A stretch of DNA of 41,237 nucleotides, from NCBI GenBank assembly GCA_021800135.1, contig JAJYZH010000001.1:1-41237 (forward strand). Direction: 5' to 3'. Under the pieces are notes generated by a model. That model was not told where the DNA came from. It saw only the letters and a list, made by a program, of their open reading frames with translations, and ran no database searches. Below, piece by piece: positions 16,875-26,349 of this stretch. Numbering within the stretch: the first letter of the stretch is position 1; each line of letters starts with the position of its first letter. The position numbers and the translations under genes are program-made. This stretch comes from Candidatus Micrarchaeota archaeon (GTDB taxonomy: Archaea > Micrarchaeota > Micrarchaeia > Micrarchaeales > Micrarchaeaceae).

Positions 16875-17288
16875 TCACTTCTTGCCTACTATCTGATTTG
16901 CTATCTTGTCGAGAAATGATTTGCCCTGTGGGGTTATCACCCTCCCTATTTTAGCTTTCTTTATCAGATTCGCTTTTTCGAGCTCTTGAAGCATATCCCT
17001 TATTATTCCTGTTCCTGCGCCCATGTGGTGCCTCCTGTGCACAACGTGCTCCTTCCTGCTCCCATACCTTGTAGAAAGCCGGGAAACCCCGACTGGGCCG
17101 TTGATATACACCTGCCTGAGTATCGATGCACTCCTGATGTACCAGAAATCGCTTTGCGCAGGCGGTCTTTCTTTGCTGGGACCGGATTTAACGTAATTCA
17201 TGTACTCCTTCTTCTTTATCTTATCCTTAAGGGCTGCAGCGGCTGCGCTTATCAACTCTGAGGATTTTGCATCATATACATTAGCCAT
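16875..17288 (-). CDS. rps19e: 30S ribosomal protein S19e
   Basis: 137 aa with WYIRSASILRQVYINGPVGVSRL...YG and GIIRDMLQELEKANLI patterns. Confidence 0.85.
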   Translation of the reverse strand: MANVYDAKSSELISAAAAALKDKIKKKEYMNYVKSGPSKERPPAQSDFWYIRSASILRQVYINGPVGVSRLSTRYGSRKEHVVHRRHHMGAGTGIIRDMLQELEKANLIKKAKIGRVITPQGKSFLDKIANQIVGKK

Positions 17289-17368
17289 TGCTTCACCAAA
17301 TTGACTACTTTTATAAACAGGCAGTATAGCAAATCAAAAAGGTATTTTATTAATGTATCGGGAAGGTA

Positions 17369-18688
17369 TTAATAGTTTTTGCTTGCTGCCTTGATGGCGT
17401 TTTCGAGTATGTTAAGGCCATTTTCAAGTGAGGAACTGCTTACTGTAAGCGGCGGGATGATCCTTATTGTGGAATCACCGGCCGGAAGCAGCAGTAGGCC
17501 ATTGTAAAACGCGTTCTCTATGATTTTTTCCCTCTCTTTCACGCCTGGCGTCTTGCTCTTTTTGTCCTTGACTATCTCGATTGCCGTCATCATGCCCAGG
17601 CCTCTTGCATCGCCCACTACCTCATACCTTTCTTCCATCTCCTTTAGCCTTTTCATTATGCGCCTGCCCTTTTCCCTTGCCTCGACCGCTAGCCTTTTCC
17701 TGTTCCTCTTTACAAACCGGATAGACGCGAGAGCTGCGGCTACGCTGACCAGATTACCGCCGAACGTGCTGGCATGGGAGCCTGCCGGTACATCCCCCAG
17801 GTCATTGCTTACAACAGTGGCGCCGAGAGGCATTCCGGCACCGAGGGACTTTGCCATTGTATATATGTCAGCACGCACGCCGAAATTGTCCATGGCGAGG
17901 AACTTGCCGGTTCTCATGTATCCTGATTGCACCTCGTCAGAGACAAGCAGCATGCCGTTATCTTCGGTTATCCTCTTTATCTCTTTGAAGTAATCCTTTG
18001 GTGGCACTATGTAGCCACCCTCACCTTGGACAGGCTCCACGAAGAAAGCGGATACCTCTTTTGGATCTACCTCCTTTGAGAGAGGGTACTTCTTTATGTA
18101 ATCTACGCAAGCCAATCCGCAGCCGGGGTATGTCTGATTGAACGGGCAGCGGTAACAGTATGCAAAAGGCACATGTATAGTGTTGGAGAAAGGACCGAAA
18201 TGCGATCTCTGCACGAACCTGGAGGCTGTAAGGCTCAAGGACCCCTTGCTCCTGCCATGAAAAGCACCGTAAAACGCGATATTGTAGCTCCTTTTTGTGA
18301 AAATTTGCGCGAACTTTATTGCTGCCTCGTTGGCCTCGGTTCCTGAATTTGACAGAAAGAGCTTACCAAATCCTTTCGGGAACATGCTTATAAGCTCCTC
18401 TCCGAATTTTACCGGAAGCTCTGAATAGTAATCGGTGAAGGCGGAGTGCATCAGCGTGTCTACCTGCTGCTTTATTGCCGTCCTTATTCCTTTGTTGGCG
18501 TTTATGCCTATGTTATAAACAGATATGAAGCTGGCAAAGTCTATGAATCTGTTACCCTCTATGTCGTAGGCAAAGTCCCCTTCGCCCCTCTCTGCAACGA
18601 ACGGATAGACCTCGCGCGTAGTAGTAAGGAAAACCTTTCTGTCCCTTTCGATTATCCTCTTGGTTTTACCAGTTATTTTTACGGCCAT
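17369..18688 (-). CDS. Class III pyridoxal-phosphate-dependent aminotransferase (GabT/ArgD/LysJ-like)
   Basis: SNSGTEANEAAIKFA, DEVQSGYMRTGKF and the PLP-lysine context TMAKSLGAG are present. Substrate is not assignable from sequence alone. Confidence 0.8.
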   Translation of the reverse strand: MAVKITGKTKRIIERDRKVFLTTTREVYPFVAERGEGDFAYDIEGNRFIDFASFISVYNIGINANKGIRTAIKQQVDTLMHSAFTDYYSELPVKFGEELISMFPKGFGKLFLSNSGTEANEAAIKFAQIFTKRSYNIAFYGAFHGRSKGSLSLTASRFVQRSHFGPFSNTIHVPFAYCYRCPFNQTYPGCGLACVDYIKKYPLSKEVDPKEVSAFFVEPVQGEGGYIVPPKDYFKEIKRITEDNGMLLVSDEVQSGYMRTGKFLAMDNFGVRADIYTMAKSLGAGMPLGATVVSNDLGDVPAGSHASTFGGNLVSVAAALASIRFVKRNRKRLAVEAREKGRRIMKRLKEMEERYEVVGDARGLGMMTAIEIVKDKKSKTPGVKEREKIIENAFYNGLLLLPAGDSTIRIIPPLTVSSSSLENGLNILENAIKAASKNY

Positions 18689-18697
18689 TTCATCACC

Positions 18698-20086
18698 TCA
18701 TATCATCCGGTTTTTGTACTTCGAATAATCTATAAGCGCCTTCAGGGATTTGGCTGCGAGGTCCTCTGAATCATATACGGGCACCCCGGAACTCTCCATC
18801 ATGTCCTTGTGCACTTGCGTGTAACTTCCGCCTGGACTTATAACCACGATTGGTTTCTTTGACTCCATACTGCGATGTATCAGCATTGATGCTACGCGCG
18901 AGTCCGCTCCCGGGGTCTGGAAAAGCGTTATTACTATAAGCGCGTCAACATTTGGGTCGCTGCTCACTGTATCGAGCGCAGCGGCAAATCTTTTGTCGTC
19001 GGCATCTCCGCCTATGTCCAAAGGCAGTCTTATGTTCACGATAGGCGGCATCGACCCCTTCAGCACCTTCTTTGATTCTTCCGAAAGCTCTGCCATCACT
19101 AGGCCGTTCTTGTATATTGCGTCGGTTGCAAGCACGCCCATGCCGCCTCCGTTTGTTATCATGCCTATCCGATTTCCTGTTGTAAGCGGCTGCGTGTCGA
19201 ATATCTTCGCGTATGCAATCAGCTCATCCATATCTTCCGCCTCAACAAACCCGAACTGCTTGAATACTGCATCATATGCCTCGGCGCTTCCTGCGAGAGC
19301 GGCCGTGTGCGAGTGGGCGGCGGATGCGCCTGCGGATGTCTTTCCTCCCTTTATGATTATTACGGGCTTAATCTTTGTAGCTTTCTTCGCTACGTCTATG
19401 AACTCCTTGCCTCTCTTCGCCCCCTCTATGTAGAAGACGATTATTTTGGTATCCTTGTCGTATGCAAGGTAGTTGAGTATGTCTGTTTCATCCACTACTG
19501 CCGCGTTGCCGTATGATATGAATTTGGAGAGCCCGAAGCCCTCATGCGATATAACGTCGAGTATGAGGCTGCCTACCGCACCGCTCTGGGATGCAAAGCT
19601 GACGCTGCCTATTTTCGGTTTGTCGAGCTTGAATGTAGGCAGGTACATAGTGTCTATCCTCGAACGCATATCCATGACCCCGAGGCAATTGGGCCCTATG
19701 ACGGGCATACCGTACTTCTTTGATATCTCCGTGATTTTCTCCTGCCTTTCCGTCTCGCCTACCTCGGAGAAGCCGCTGCTTACTATAACGACCCCTTTTA
19801 CGTGAGCCTTGCCGCATTCCGTCAGCACTTCTGCCACATGTTCGGCAGGTATCGCTATGACCGCCAGGTCTACGCCGGATTTTATGTCAAGCACGCTCTT
19901 GTAAACCGGCAAGCCCAGAATTCTGCCTTCGTAACTGTTGTTTACCGGAAAAAGCTTCCCTGAATAGCCAACATCAAAATAGTTTTGGAGTATCACATGG
20001 CCTACCTTTTCAGGATTCTGGGATGCTCCGATTATGGCAACGCTTCTTGGGTTCATTATGTGTTTCAAATCTGCGTATTCTCCCAT
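18698..20086 (-). CDS. acdA: ADP-forming acetyl-CoA synthetase, alpha subunit (CoA-binding plus SCS-like ligase domains)
   Basis: PRSVAIIGASQNPEKVG CoA-binding start, GPNCLG, and the phosphohistidine loop SAAHSHTAALAGS. An ATP-grasp subunit gene lies immediately downstream. Confidence 0.8.
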   Translation of the reverse strand: MGEYADLKHIMNPRSVAIIGASQNPEKVGHVILQNYFDVGYSGKLFPVNNSYEGRILGLPVYKSVLDIKSGVDLAVIAIPAEHVAEVLTECGKAHVKGVVIVSSGFSEVGETERQEKITEISKKYGMPVIGPNCLGVMDMRSRIDTMYLPTFKLDKPKIGSVSFASQSGAVGSLILDVISHEGFGLSKFISYGNAAVVDETDILNYLAYDKDTKIIVFYIEGAKRGKEFIDVAKKATKIKPVIIIKGGKTSAGASAAHSHTAALAGSAEAYDAVFKQFGFVEAEDMDELIAYAKIFDTQPLTTGNRIGMITNGGGMGVLATDAIYKNGLVMAELSEESKKVLKGSMPPIVNIRLPLDIGGDADDKRFAAALDTVSSDPNVDALIVITLFQTPGADSRVASMLIHRSMESKKPIVVISPGGSYTQVHKDMMESSGVPVYDSEDLAAKSLKALIDYSKYKNRMI

Positions 20087-20090
20087 TTTA

Positions 20091-20714
20091 TCACTTTATG
20101 ATGCGCAGATCGACTGCGGCATAGCCGGCCCGCGTGAGTATTATGGGGTTTAGGTCAAGCTCCAAGATTTCATTCTCAGCAAGCATCTTAGAAACCTTGA
20201 GCAGTATGGATTTTACTTTCGCATCTGCCTTCTTGTCAGGAGCTATCACGTTTGATGACCTGAGCTGGTGAATCATCGACTCTGCGTCATATTCTCCTAT
20301 AGGGCACACCCTCAGCGCAACGTCCCTGAATATTTCGACATAAATGCCACCCAATCCCAAAAGGATCATCTTGCCAAACTGGGGATCTACACTGCCCCCC
20401 ACTATTATCTCAACTCCTTCCGCCACCATCTCCTGAACCAATATCTTGTATTTGTCCAGCTTCAGTTTCCTTGCCGAGTCTCTCAGTTCGGAGAATGCGG
20501 AGCTTATGTCTTTTGCAGTGTAAAGCCGCAGCTTTACGAGCCCGTTTTTAGACTTGTGCAAGGCCTGTTGTGAAATCACCTTCATCACTATAGGTTCTCC
20601 TGCAGAGAACTTTATGGCGTCTGAAGCACTTTCTATGTATGCGCTCCTCGCGGAATTAATTCCGTATTTAGAAAGAATCCTATGAGCCTCCGCATAGTCT
20701 ACCAGCTTCCCCAT
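20091..20714 (-). CDS. acdB: ADP-forming acetyl-CoA synthetase, beta subunit (ATP-grasp domain)
   Basis: 207 aa with EAHRILSKYGI..., VMKVISQQALHKSK.GLV and NPII patterns typical of the ACD beta / ATP-grasp_5 domain. It is separated from acdA by 4 nt. Confidence 0.7.
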   Translation of the reverse strand: MGKLVDYAEAHRILSKYGINSARSAYIESASDAIKFSAGEPIVMKVISQQALHKSKNGLVKLRLYTAKDISSAFSELRDSARKLKLDKYKILVQEMVAEGVEIIVGGSVDPQFGKMILLGLGGIYVEIFRDVALRVCPIGEYDAESMIHQLRSSNVIAPDKKADAKVKSILLKVSKMLAENEILELDLNPIILTRAGYAAVDLRIIK

Positions 20715-20735
20715 TCAACCATCTGACTGCTATAC

Positions 20736-21464
20736 TTATATTACCCTGTACCTGAAAAGCAGGGTGATTATTACCAGGAGTAGCACTATTATCAACACTA
20801 TCGTTATGTTGCGCCTTGCTTTTTTCTTCCTTGATCCTGAAATCAGCTTTTCAACCTCGCTTAACTGCTGCGGCTGTTGCCCTGCCGGCACTGGGGTTTG
20901 CTGTGTTGCCTCTTTTTGCGCCGCATACGTTTGTTCTGTCCCACCTGTTACTGGTTGTACAGTAGATGACGGCTGTACAGGCTGCGCTTCGGGTGGCTGC
21001 GGTTTCGGCATTCCGACCTTTACCTGCAAGAACCCCTTTTCAGTAAGCGCTATGTCAAGTACGCCGTTTCTGAAAGTAGAGGTCAGGTAATCCAAAAGCA
21101 TAAGTTTGTAAAGATGCATCGCCATATCCCTCGGCCGTATGTTTACTGCACCGCTTAGATCAGAAAGTGATTTCTTGCCGCCTGAAAGCTGGCTTAGGAG
21201 TGCGAAGTCCAGAGGATCGAACGGCTCTTTTGCCTTGTTGCTACCCTCGTTCATTAGCTGCTTTCCTAATTCCGTGATTGTTATGGCGCTCTGCCCCGGG
21301 AACGAAGTGATGAAATCTATCAGTCCTTTTATTTTCAGTGCCCCGAGTATGTTTGATGCGTCAAAAAATGAGGAGTTTATCATTCCGCCGAACTTTTCAA
21401 CTACAGTGTCCGGACCGATTTTTGAAAGCGCCATAATGTCTACGAAATTGATCTCGTCGGACAT
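20736..21464 (-). CDS. Tail-anchored membrane protein with two N-terminal winged-helix-like repeats and a Pro/Gln-rich linker
   Basis: Two units of about 65 aa share the same pattern (..L.KIG...ITITELGKQL / ..LSQLSGG...DIALTEKGFL). A PQPPEAQPVQP... linker follows, then a basic stretch and a single C-terminal TM helix (ITIVLIIVLLLVIITLLF). Confidence 0.5.
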   Translation of the reverse strand: MSDEINFVDIMALSKIGPDTVVEKFGGMINSSFFDASNILGALKIKGLIDFITSFPGQSAITITELGKQLMNEGSNKAKEPFDPLDFALLSQLSGGKKSLSDLSGAVNIRPRDMAMHLYKLMLLDYLTSTFRNGVLDIALTEKGFLQVKVGMPKPQPPEAQPVQPSSTVQPVTGGTEQTYAAQKEATQQTPVPAGQQPQQLSEVEKLISGSRKKKARRNITIVLIIVLLLVIITLLFRYRVI

Positions 21465-21490
21465 GGAATCGTATACCTATGAGTGCGAAG

Positions 21491-21506
21491 ATTTATATAT
21501 TTTTAA
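21491..21506. promoter_or_regulatory. Candidate (possibly bidirectional) TATA element
   Basis: ATTTATATATTTTTAA lies about 30 nt upstream of the minus-strand ATG at 21464 and about 70-85 nt upstream of the plus-strand ATG at 21575. Confidence 0.35.
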
Positions 21507-21574
21507 GCAGTTCTATCGCTGACGATGTATGCAGGGTTAGGCGGCCCCTGATTCTTCTCATCAAGAAGGATTTA

Positions 21575-22828
21575 ATGATACTAAAATTCTTGGGCGGAGC
21601 GCAGGAAGTAGGAAGATCGGGAGTACTTCTAAGCGACTCCAAGAACTTCCTGTTTGATTACGGAGTCAAACTGGATCATAAAACAGAGTACCCGATGGAT
21701 GCCGGGAGGATAGACGCATTCCTGCTTAGCCATGCGCACCTGGACCATAGCGGTATGGCGCCTGCGCTTTACAACGAAGCCGTATTGCCTTCTTTCGGTA
21801 CGGCACCTACTGCGGAGCTCGCTGAATTACTGCTTAATGATTCGTTAAAAATTGCAAGGAAGGAGCACAAGCAGGAGAAGTTTCATAGGAGGCAGATGAA
21901 GAGTTTCATAAAGCATTACGTGAGCGTAGAGTATAGCGGTAGGGTCAGCCTTGGTGGGCATTCAGTGGAGTTCCATGATGCAGGCCACATATCCGGAAGT
22001 GCGGTAATACTGCTTGAGAGGGAGAAGGCAAAAGACAATAAAAGGGTATTATATACAGGAGACTTCAAGTTGCAGGGACAACTGCTCCACGATGGCGCGG
22101 ATATCGTGAAAAGCGATGTGCTTATAACAGAATCAACTTACGCCTACAAGGACCATCCTGACAGGAAGGCCATTATAAGGGATTTTATTGACAAGATCAG
22201 GGCTGTGCTTCAGAATGGCGGCAACGCTTTGCTGCCCGTGTTTGCAGTAGGGAGGGGGCAGGAGATACTGGCCATGCTTTACGAAGGGGGATTGGCAGAT
22301 TCTGTATATGTGGATGGGATGGTAAAGGCTGCTACGCAGATAGTCAGGAAGTATCCGCAGTTCATTTCAAAGCCCGACCTTCTTGAGAAGTCGCTTAAAA
22401 AAGCATCACTTGTTGTAGATAGGAGTGACAGGGAGATCGCACTCTCTGAACCATCTATAATAGTAACAACTGCAGGCATGCTGAATGGAGGCCCCGTGCT
22501 GGATTACATAACAAGGCTCAACGACAGCTCCAAAATATTCCTAACTGGATACCAGATAGAGGGCACGAACGGCAGCACGCTGCTCAAGTCCGGGAAGATA
22601 AACCTCGACGGTAAGACAAGGAGGATAACGAACCCAGTGGAGCTGTTCGATTTCTCCGCGCATGCAGGCATGGATGACCTTTACAGATATGTCAGGGAAA
22701 GTTCGCCAAACGTAGTGATATGCATGCACGGCAGCGAGGAAAACACAAAGCTTTTGGCCGAAAAGTTGGATGGCGAAGGATTCAAGACCTATGCGCCTGG
22801 TTTTGGGGAGAGGATAGAATTGGAGTAA
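21575..22828 (+). CDS. Metallo-beta-lactamase / beta-CASP family RNase (aCPSF2-like, no KH domains)
   Basis: MILKFLGGAQEVGRSGVLL N-terminus and HxHxDH motif (SHAHLDHSG), with downstream D/H motifs (DAGH, ESTY, HGS). I start at ATG 21575. The upstream 32 codons of the track ORF overlap the promoter region and match nothing. Confidence 0.8.
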   Translation: MILKFLGGAQEVGRSGVLLSDSKNFLFDYGVKLDHKTEYPMDAGRIDAFLLSHAHLDHSGMAPALYNEAVLPSFGTAPTAELAELLLNDSLKIARKEHKQEKFHRRQMKSFIKHYVSVEYSGRVSLGGHSVEFHDAGHISGSAVILLEREKAKDNKRVLYTGDFKLQGQLLHDGADIVKSDVLITESTYAYKDHPDRKAIIRDFIDKIRAVLQNGGNALLPVFAVGRGQEILAMLYEGGLADSVYVDGMVKAATQIVRKYPQFISKPDLLEKSLKKASLVVDRSDREIALSEPSIIVTTAGMLNGGPVLDYITRLNDSSKIFLTGYQIEGTNGSTLLKSGKINLDGKTRRITNPVELFDFSAHAGMDDLYRYVRESSPNVVICMHGSEENTKLLAEKLDGEGFKTYAPGFGERIELE

Positions 22829-22959
22829 TTTTGCATCTTGCCTTGCTTCTGGCCGTTTATCCGGTTTCCTGGATTTGGCTGGGTTTAATATTTGTAGCAA
22901 GGTGGAGGGTTTCAAAAGCAAAAATCTTAATCATAAAGGTTATTTAAGAGCATGATGCA

Positions 22960-23670
22960 ATGACCTATGCATTTGATAAGGTGCTTGAAAACGTAAGGAA
23001 AGGGAGGCCGACGCTGGTTTTTGATAGCAAAGGGAGGGAAGGGGAAACCGATATTGTGGTCCCATCACAGTTTGTTACCCCTGAAATCGTAAAGATTATG
23101 CGCAGGGAGGGGGGAGGCTTGATATGCACTACGTTGAAATATGAGGATGCGAAAAAATTAGGCTTGGGATACATTACTGATATATACAGCGGCAGCGGCA
23201 TCAAGGTATTTGAATACCTGAAGCCTGATGACATACCGTACGATGAGAAATCGGCATTCTCAATAACTATAAACCATAGGAAAACCTTTACAGGGATACC
23301 GGACAGGGATAGGTCGCTCACCATAAAGGAATTCGCCAAGTTGCTTGGCAGAGTCCATGGTCTTTCCGGGAATTTGGCCGTAAAGGAGTTCGGGAAATGG
23401 TTCAGGGCTCCAGGACATGTGCACCTGCTTATTGCGCGCAGGGGCCTTCTGGGAGAGCGGCAAGGCCATACTGAGCTCTCTACGGCACTGATGGTAATGA
23501 GCGGGGTGACGCCTTCCGCGACCATAGTTGAGATGCTTGACGATAACGGATATTCGCTTGGGTACGAAAAGGCCAAAAAGTACGCGACAGATCACGGCTA
23601 TGAATTCGTAGAGGGCAAGCAGATTAAAAGGTGGTGGGGCGCAATCTCAAGAAAAAGAGGCGCCCATTGA
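22960..23670 (+). CDS. ribB: 3,4-dihydroxy-2-butanone 4-phosphate synthase
   Basis: Archaeal RibB pattern: LVFDSKGREGETDIVVPSQFVTPE...GGLICT...GHTELS. Confidence 0.8.
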   Translation: MTYAFDKVLENVRKGRPTLVFDSKGREGETDIVVPSQFVTPEIVKIMRREGGGLICTTLKYEDAKKLGLGYITDIYSGSGIKVFEYLKPDDIPYDEKSAFSITINHRKTFTGIPDRDRSLTIKEFAKLLGRVHGLSGNLAVKEFGKWFRAPGHVHLLIARRGLLGERQGHTELSTALMVMSGVTPSATIVEMLDDNGYSLGYEKAKKYATDHGYEFVEGKQIKRWWGAISRKRGAH

Positions 23671-23674
23671 CGCT

Positions 23675-24640
23675 TCAGAATAGGTCTATTGCTGAGAACA
23701 TTATAGGTAGGATTATGGTTGCATCCCCGTCTATGGTAGTGTATCTGGCCTTCTCCTTTATCTTGCCCCAGGAAACGGCTTCGGAGAGCCTGGCTCCAGA
23801 GAGGCTCCCGTCGAACTGCGTTGCCGTAGTTATGTAGACCGCGTAATCTAGGCCCCCCTTGAACTGGTTCCACCATATGACGTGGTGCTTGCTTATACCT
23901 CCGCCTATCATCAGGGCCCCTGTTACTTTGTTGTCGAAGGTTATGTTGCTCAACTCAAGCTCATCTTTTAACAGGTTCAGCTTGAAGTCATGATCCTGCG
24001 AGAATATAGTAAGCTGCGTCCCGAAGGCCCCGTCGAGTATTCCGGGATCGTATATCTTCACGTTGTTAAGGTATGCTTGCCTGAGTATCGAGCCGTTGTC
24101 CTTTATCCTCTTCCCGAATTCATTTATGAGCTCGCTCGCGCTGTATTCCTTCTTGTAATCTTTAGAGGAGTATATCTCTTCCATTATCCTGTTGAAGTTC
24201 TCCTCGAGTTTCAGCCCGTACTCGTCCTTCTTTATGAATACGTTGCCAAGCCTGTAGATGCCCTTCCTGTGGAGTTCAGAGTCGTCTGCATAGAATGAGC
24301 CCATGCTGTACACCCCTCCGAATGCGCGGGCTATGTCATGGTCAAGAGTCCCCCCGGTGGTTATTATCGCATTGAAATGCTTTACTGCGTCGGCTATCAC
24401 CCCGCGCAGGCCTGTGGCTATTATGTCGGCAGGAAACGAGAGGAAATTGAATGATTTTTTATCCTTGAACATGCCATCTAGTATGTGCACCCCGTCGATC
24501 ATGTGCTGCGCGGAGAATCCGCCGATTCCGTCCATCTCCTTTATCAGTTCTGCTACGCTCATTGACTTCCTTAGCTTTATGTCCCTTACGGGTTCGCCTA
24601 CCACTGCATTCTCTGCTGTGCCATTGTTTTTTGCTGCCAT
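23675..24640 (-). CDS. dys: Deoxyhypusine synthase
   Basis: 321 aa with ..LSFPADIIATGLRGV.., IITTGGTLDHD, GALMIGGGISKHH and GARLSEAVSWGKI patterns characteristic of DHS. Confidence 0.8.
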   Translation of the reverse strand: MAAKNNGTAENAVVGEPVRDIKLRKSMSVAELIKEMDGIGGFSAQHMIDGVHILDGMFKDKKSFNFLSFPADIIATGLRGVIADAVKHFNAIITTGGTLDHDIARAFGGVYSMGSFYADDSELHRKGIYRLGNVFIKKDEYGLKLEENFNRIMEEIYSSKDYKKEYSASELINEFGKRIKDNGSILRQAYLNNVKIYDPGILDGAFGTQLTIFSQDHDFKLNLLKDELELSNITFDNKVTGALMIGGGISKHHVIWWNQFKGGLDYAVYITTATQFDGSLSGARLSEAVSWGKIKEKARYTTIDGDATIILPIMFSAIDLF

Positions 24641-24735
24641 AAAAGAACCTTTTCTATATGATTCGGTGCATGTATTTATTAGGTTAGGTTTTTAGTTTTT
24701 GCTACCTTAGTATTGTCTATGCGATCAGTGATTCT

Positions 24736-25854
24736 ATGCCAGACGTTATAAGCCCTGATGATGAAGAGATATTGCGATTTATAGAAAGCGCCAGACCGAA
24801 GATATATGTTATAGGTACAGGAGGGAGCGGCAGCAATACCATTACCAGGCTAAGCAGCGTTGGAGTTGAGGGTGCGATGCTGGTAGCGATGAATACAGAT
24901 GCTGCGCATCTGGTTAAAACCAGATCTGAAAGGAAGCTGCTTATAGGCAAGAAGCTTACCAGGGGACTTGGGGCTGGCAGCGATATAAAAGTCGGGGAAG
25001 AGGCAGCTGTAGAGAGCAAGGAGGAGATAAGGCATATGATAGGCGACGCCAACCTTGTTCTTGTGACCTGCGGCCTTGGCGGAGGCACAGGCACGGGCTC
25101 CATAGCCACGATAGCCCACGAGGCAAAGGAGGCAGGGGCGCTGACCGTGAGCGTTGTCACGCTTCCGTTCTCAAGCGAGGGAAAGACAAGGATGAAAAAC
25201 GCACTTGAGGGGCTTACAAAGCTGAAGAAGGTAACTGATACAACAATAGTAATACCTAACGACAAGTTGCTTTCTATAGCACCTGACCTCCCGCTTAACA
25301 TGGCGTTCAGGGTATCTGACGAAGTGCTCGCCGGGGCTACGAAAGGCATAGTAGAGATGACTACCAAGCCAGGATTGGTGAATATAGACTTCGCGGACCT
25401 CAGATCAGTGCTTAAGGATTCAGGATATGCGGTAATAGGGTCTGGAGAGAGCGTGGCGCCTGATGGCAACGGTATGCGCGCGTTGAACGCGCTTGAAAGC
25501 GCAATAAAGAGCCCAATGCTTGATGCAGAACTTTCGACAGCAAAGAAGGCGCTCGTTAACATAGTTGGAGGGGAAGGATTGACTTTGAGAGAGGCAGAAA
25601 AGGTATTCCAGGAAGTATCGAGCAGGATAGATTCTGATGCCCTCCTAAAGTGGGGGGCCAGGATAGATAACGAGATGAAGAAGGACACTGTTCGCGTAAT
25701 GATAGTAATAAGCGGGGTGGAGTTCCCCGAGTACAGCGAGGAAGGAATATCCAGGAGCATAAAGAACATGGAGGAGCTTGATCTCGATGAGGTTTTTGAG
25801 GAAGAGAATAGAGGGCAGGCGCAGGACCATAAGGTTGCCAGGCGAATAGCATGA
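24736..25854 (+). CDS. ftsZ: Cell division GTPase FtsZ
   Basis: IYVIGTGGSGSNTI, tubulin signature GLGGGTGTG, NDKLL, and an acidic C-terminal tail. Confidence 0.92.
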   Translation: MPDVISPDDEEILRFIESARPKIYVIGTGGSGSNTITRLSSVGVEGAMLVAMNTDAAHLVKTRSERKLLIGKKLTRGLGAGSDIKVGEEAAVESKEEIRHMIGDANLVLVTCGLGGGTGTGSIATIAHEAKEAGALTVSVVTLPFSSEGKTRMKNALEGLTKLKKVTDTTIVIPNDKLLSIAPDLPLNMAFRVSDEVLAGATKGIVEMTTKPGLVNIDFADLRSVLKDSGYAVIGSGESVAPDGNGMRALNALESAIKSPMLDAELSTAKKALVNIVGGEGLTLREAEKVFQEVSSRIDSDALLKWGARIDNEMKKDTVRVMIVISGVEFPEYSEEGISRSIKNMEELDLDEVFEEENRGQAQDHKVARRIA

Positions 25855-25858
25855 GAGC

Positions 25859-26011
25859 TTATGCCTTGGACTGTTTCTTCATCTTTCTGTGGTAAACAAA
25901 ATCGAATTTATAGCAGCGGTTGCTGCAATAGTAGCTGATCTTGCCTGACTTGTGCACAAACATCAGGCCCTGGCCTTTCTCGATTTCTTTTGAGCAATAG
26001 GCGCACTTCAT
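25859..26011 (-). CDS. rpl24e: 50S ribosomal protein L24e (not in ORF track, below length cutoff)
   Basis: My translation gives MKCAYCSKEIEKGQGLMFVHKSGKISYYCSNRCYKFDFVYHRKMKKQSKA (50 aa), with the C-x2-C...C-x3-C zinc ribbon typical of L24e. It lies 15 nt downstream of rps28e, as in the conserved rpl7ae-rps28e-rpl24e operon. Confidence 0.85.
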   Translation of the reverse strand: MKCAYCSKEIEKGQGLMFVHKSGKISYYCSNRCYKFDFVYHRKMKKQSKA

Positions 26012-26026
26012 TCAACCACTCTTGAA

Positions 26027-26326
26027 TCACTTTACCGATATCTGCCTTGCTTCCCTGCTTGTATCTGTAAGCCTCACGATATCTCCAATCCTTACCGGGC
26101 CAAGTATGTTCCTCTTTATTATCCTTCCTTTGTCCCTCCCATCGAGGACACGGCACATCACTATATAGATCTCGCCGTACATTCCAGTCTTGCCCCTCCT
26201 TTCAATCTCCACTATCTCAGCAGGTATCCCATGGAAGGTGTTCTGCTGCGCCTGAGACTGCTCCGGAACCTTTTGCTGCGGCTGCGCGCCTTGCGCCCCA
26301 TCCCGGTTCTCGCTTTTCTCAGGCAT
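26027..26326 (-). CDS. rps28e: 30S ribosomal protein S28e with ~30-aa Gln-rich N-terminal extension
   Basis: Core IPAEIVEIERRGKTGMYGEIYIVMCRVLDGRDKGRIIKRNILGPVRIGDIVRLTDTSREAR. Confidence 0.85.
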   Translation of the reverse strand: MPEKSENRDGAQGAQPQQKVPEQSQAQQNTFHGIPAEIVEIERRGKTGMYGEIYIVMCRVLDGRDKGRIIKRNILGPVRIGDIVRLTDTSREARQISVK

Positions 26327-26349
26327 TCAATCCCTCTTTGCGTTGCTTA

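Noticed and set aside
21479-21574. 32-codon N-terminal extension of the beta-CASP RNase ORF
   Set aside because: It starts inside the AT-rich promoter element for the divergent gene. MBL/beta-CASP proteins typically begin at the M-x-I-x-F-L-G-G strand (ATG 21575).
22965-23576. 203-aa minus-strand ORF opposite ribB, and similar shadow ORFs opposite rnhB (10551..11009), the aminotransferase (17520..17993), acdA (18993..19433), EF-2 and rps7
   Set aside because: Each is a shadow ORF of a confidently identified gene, with low-complexity or motif-free translation.
24717-25769. 350-aa ORF on the minus strand covering almost all of ftsZ
   Set aside because: It is exactly antisense to a gene with unmistakable FtsZ motifs. 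Its translation is Ser/Leu/Pro/Ile-rich low complexity with no motifs, which is typical of a shadow ORF opposite a GC-rich, stop-poor frame.
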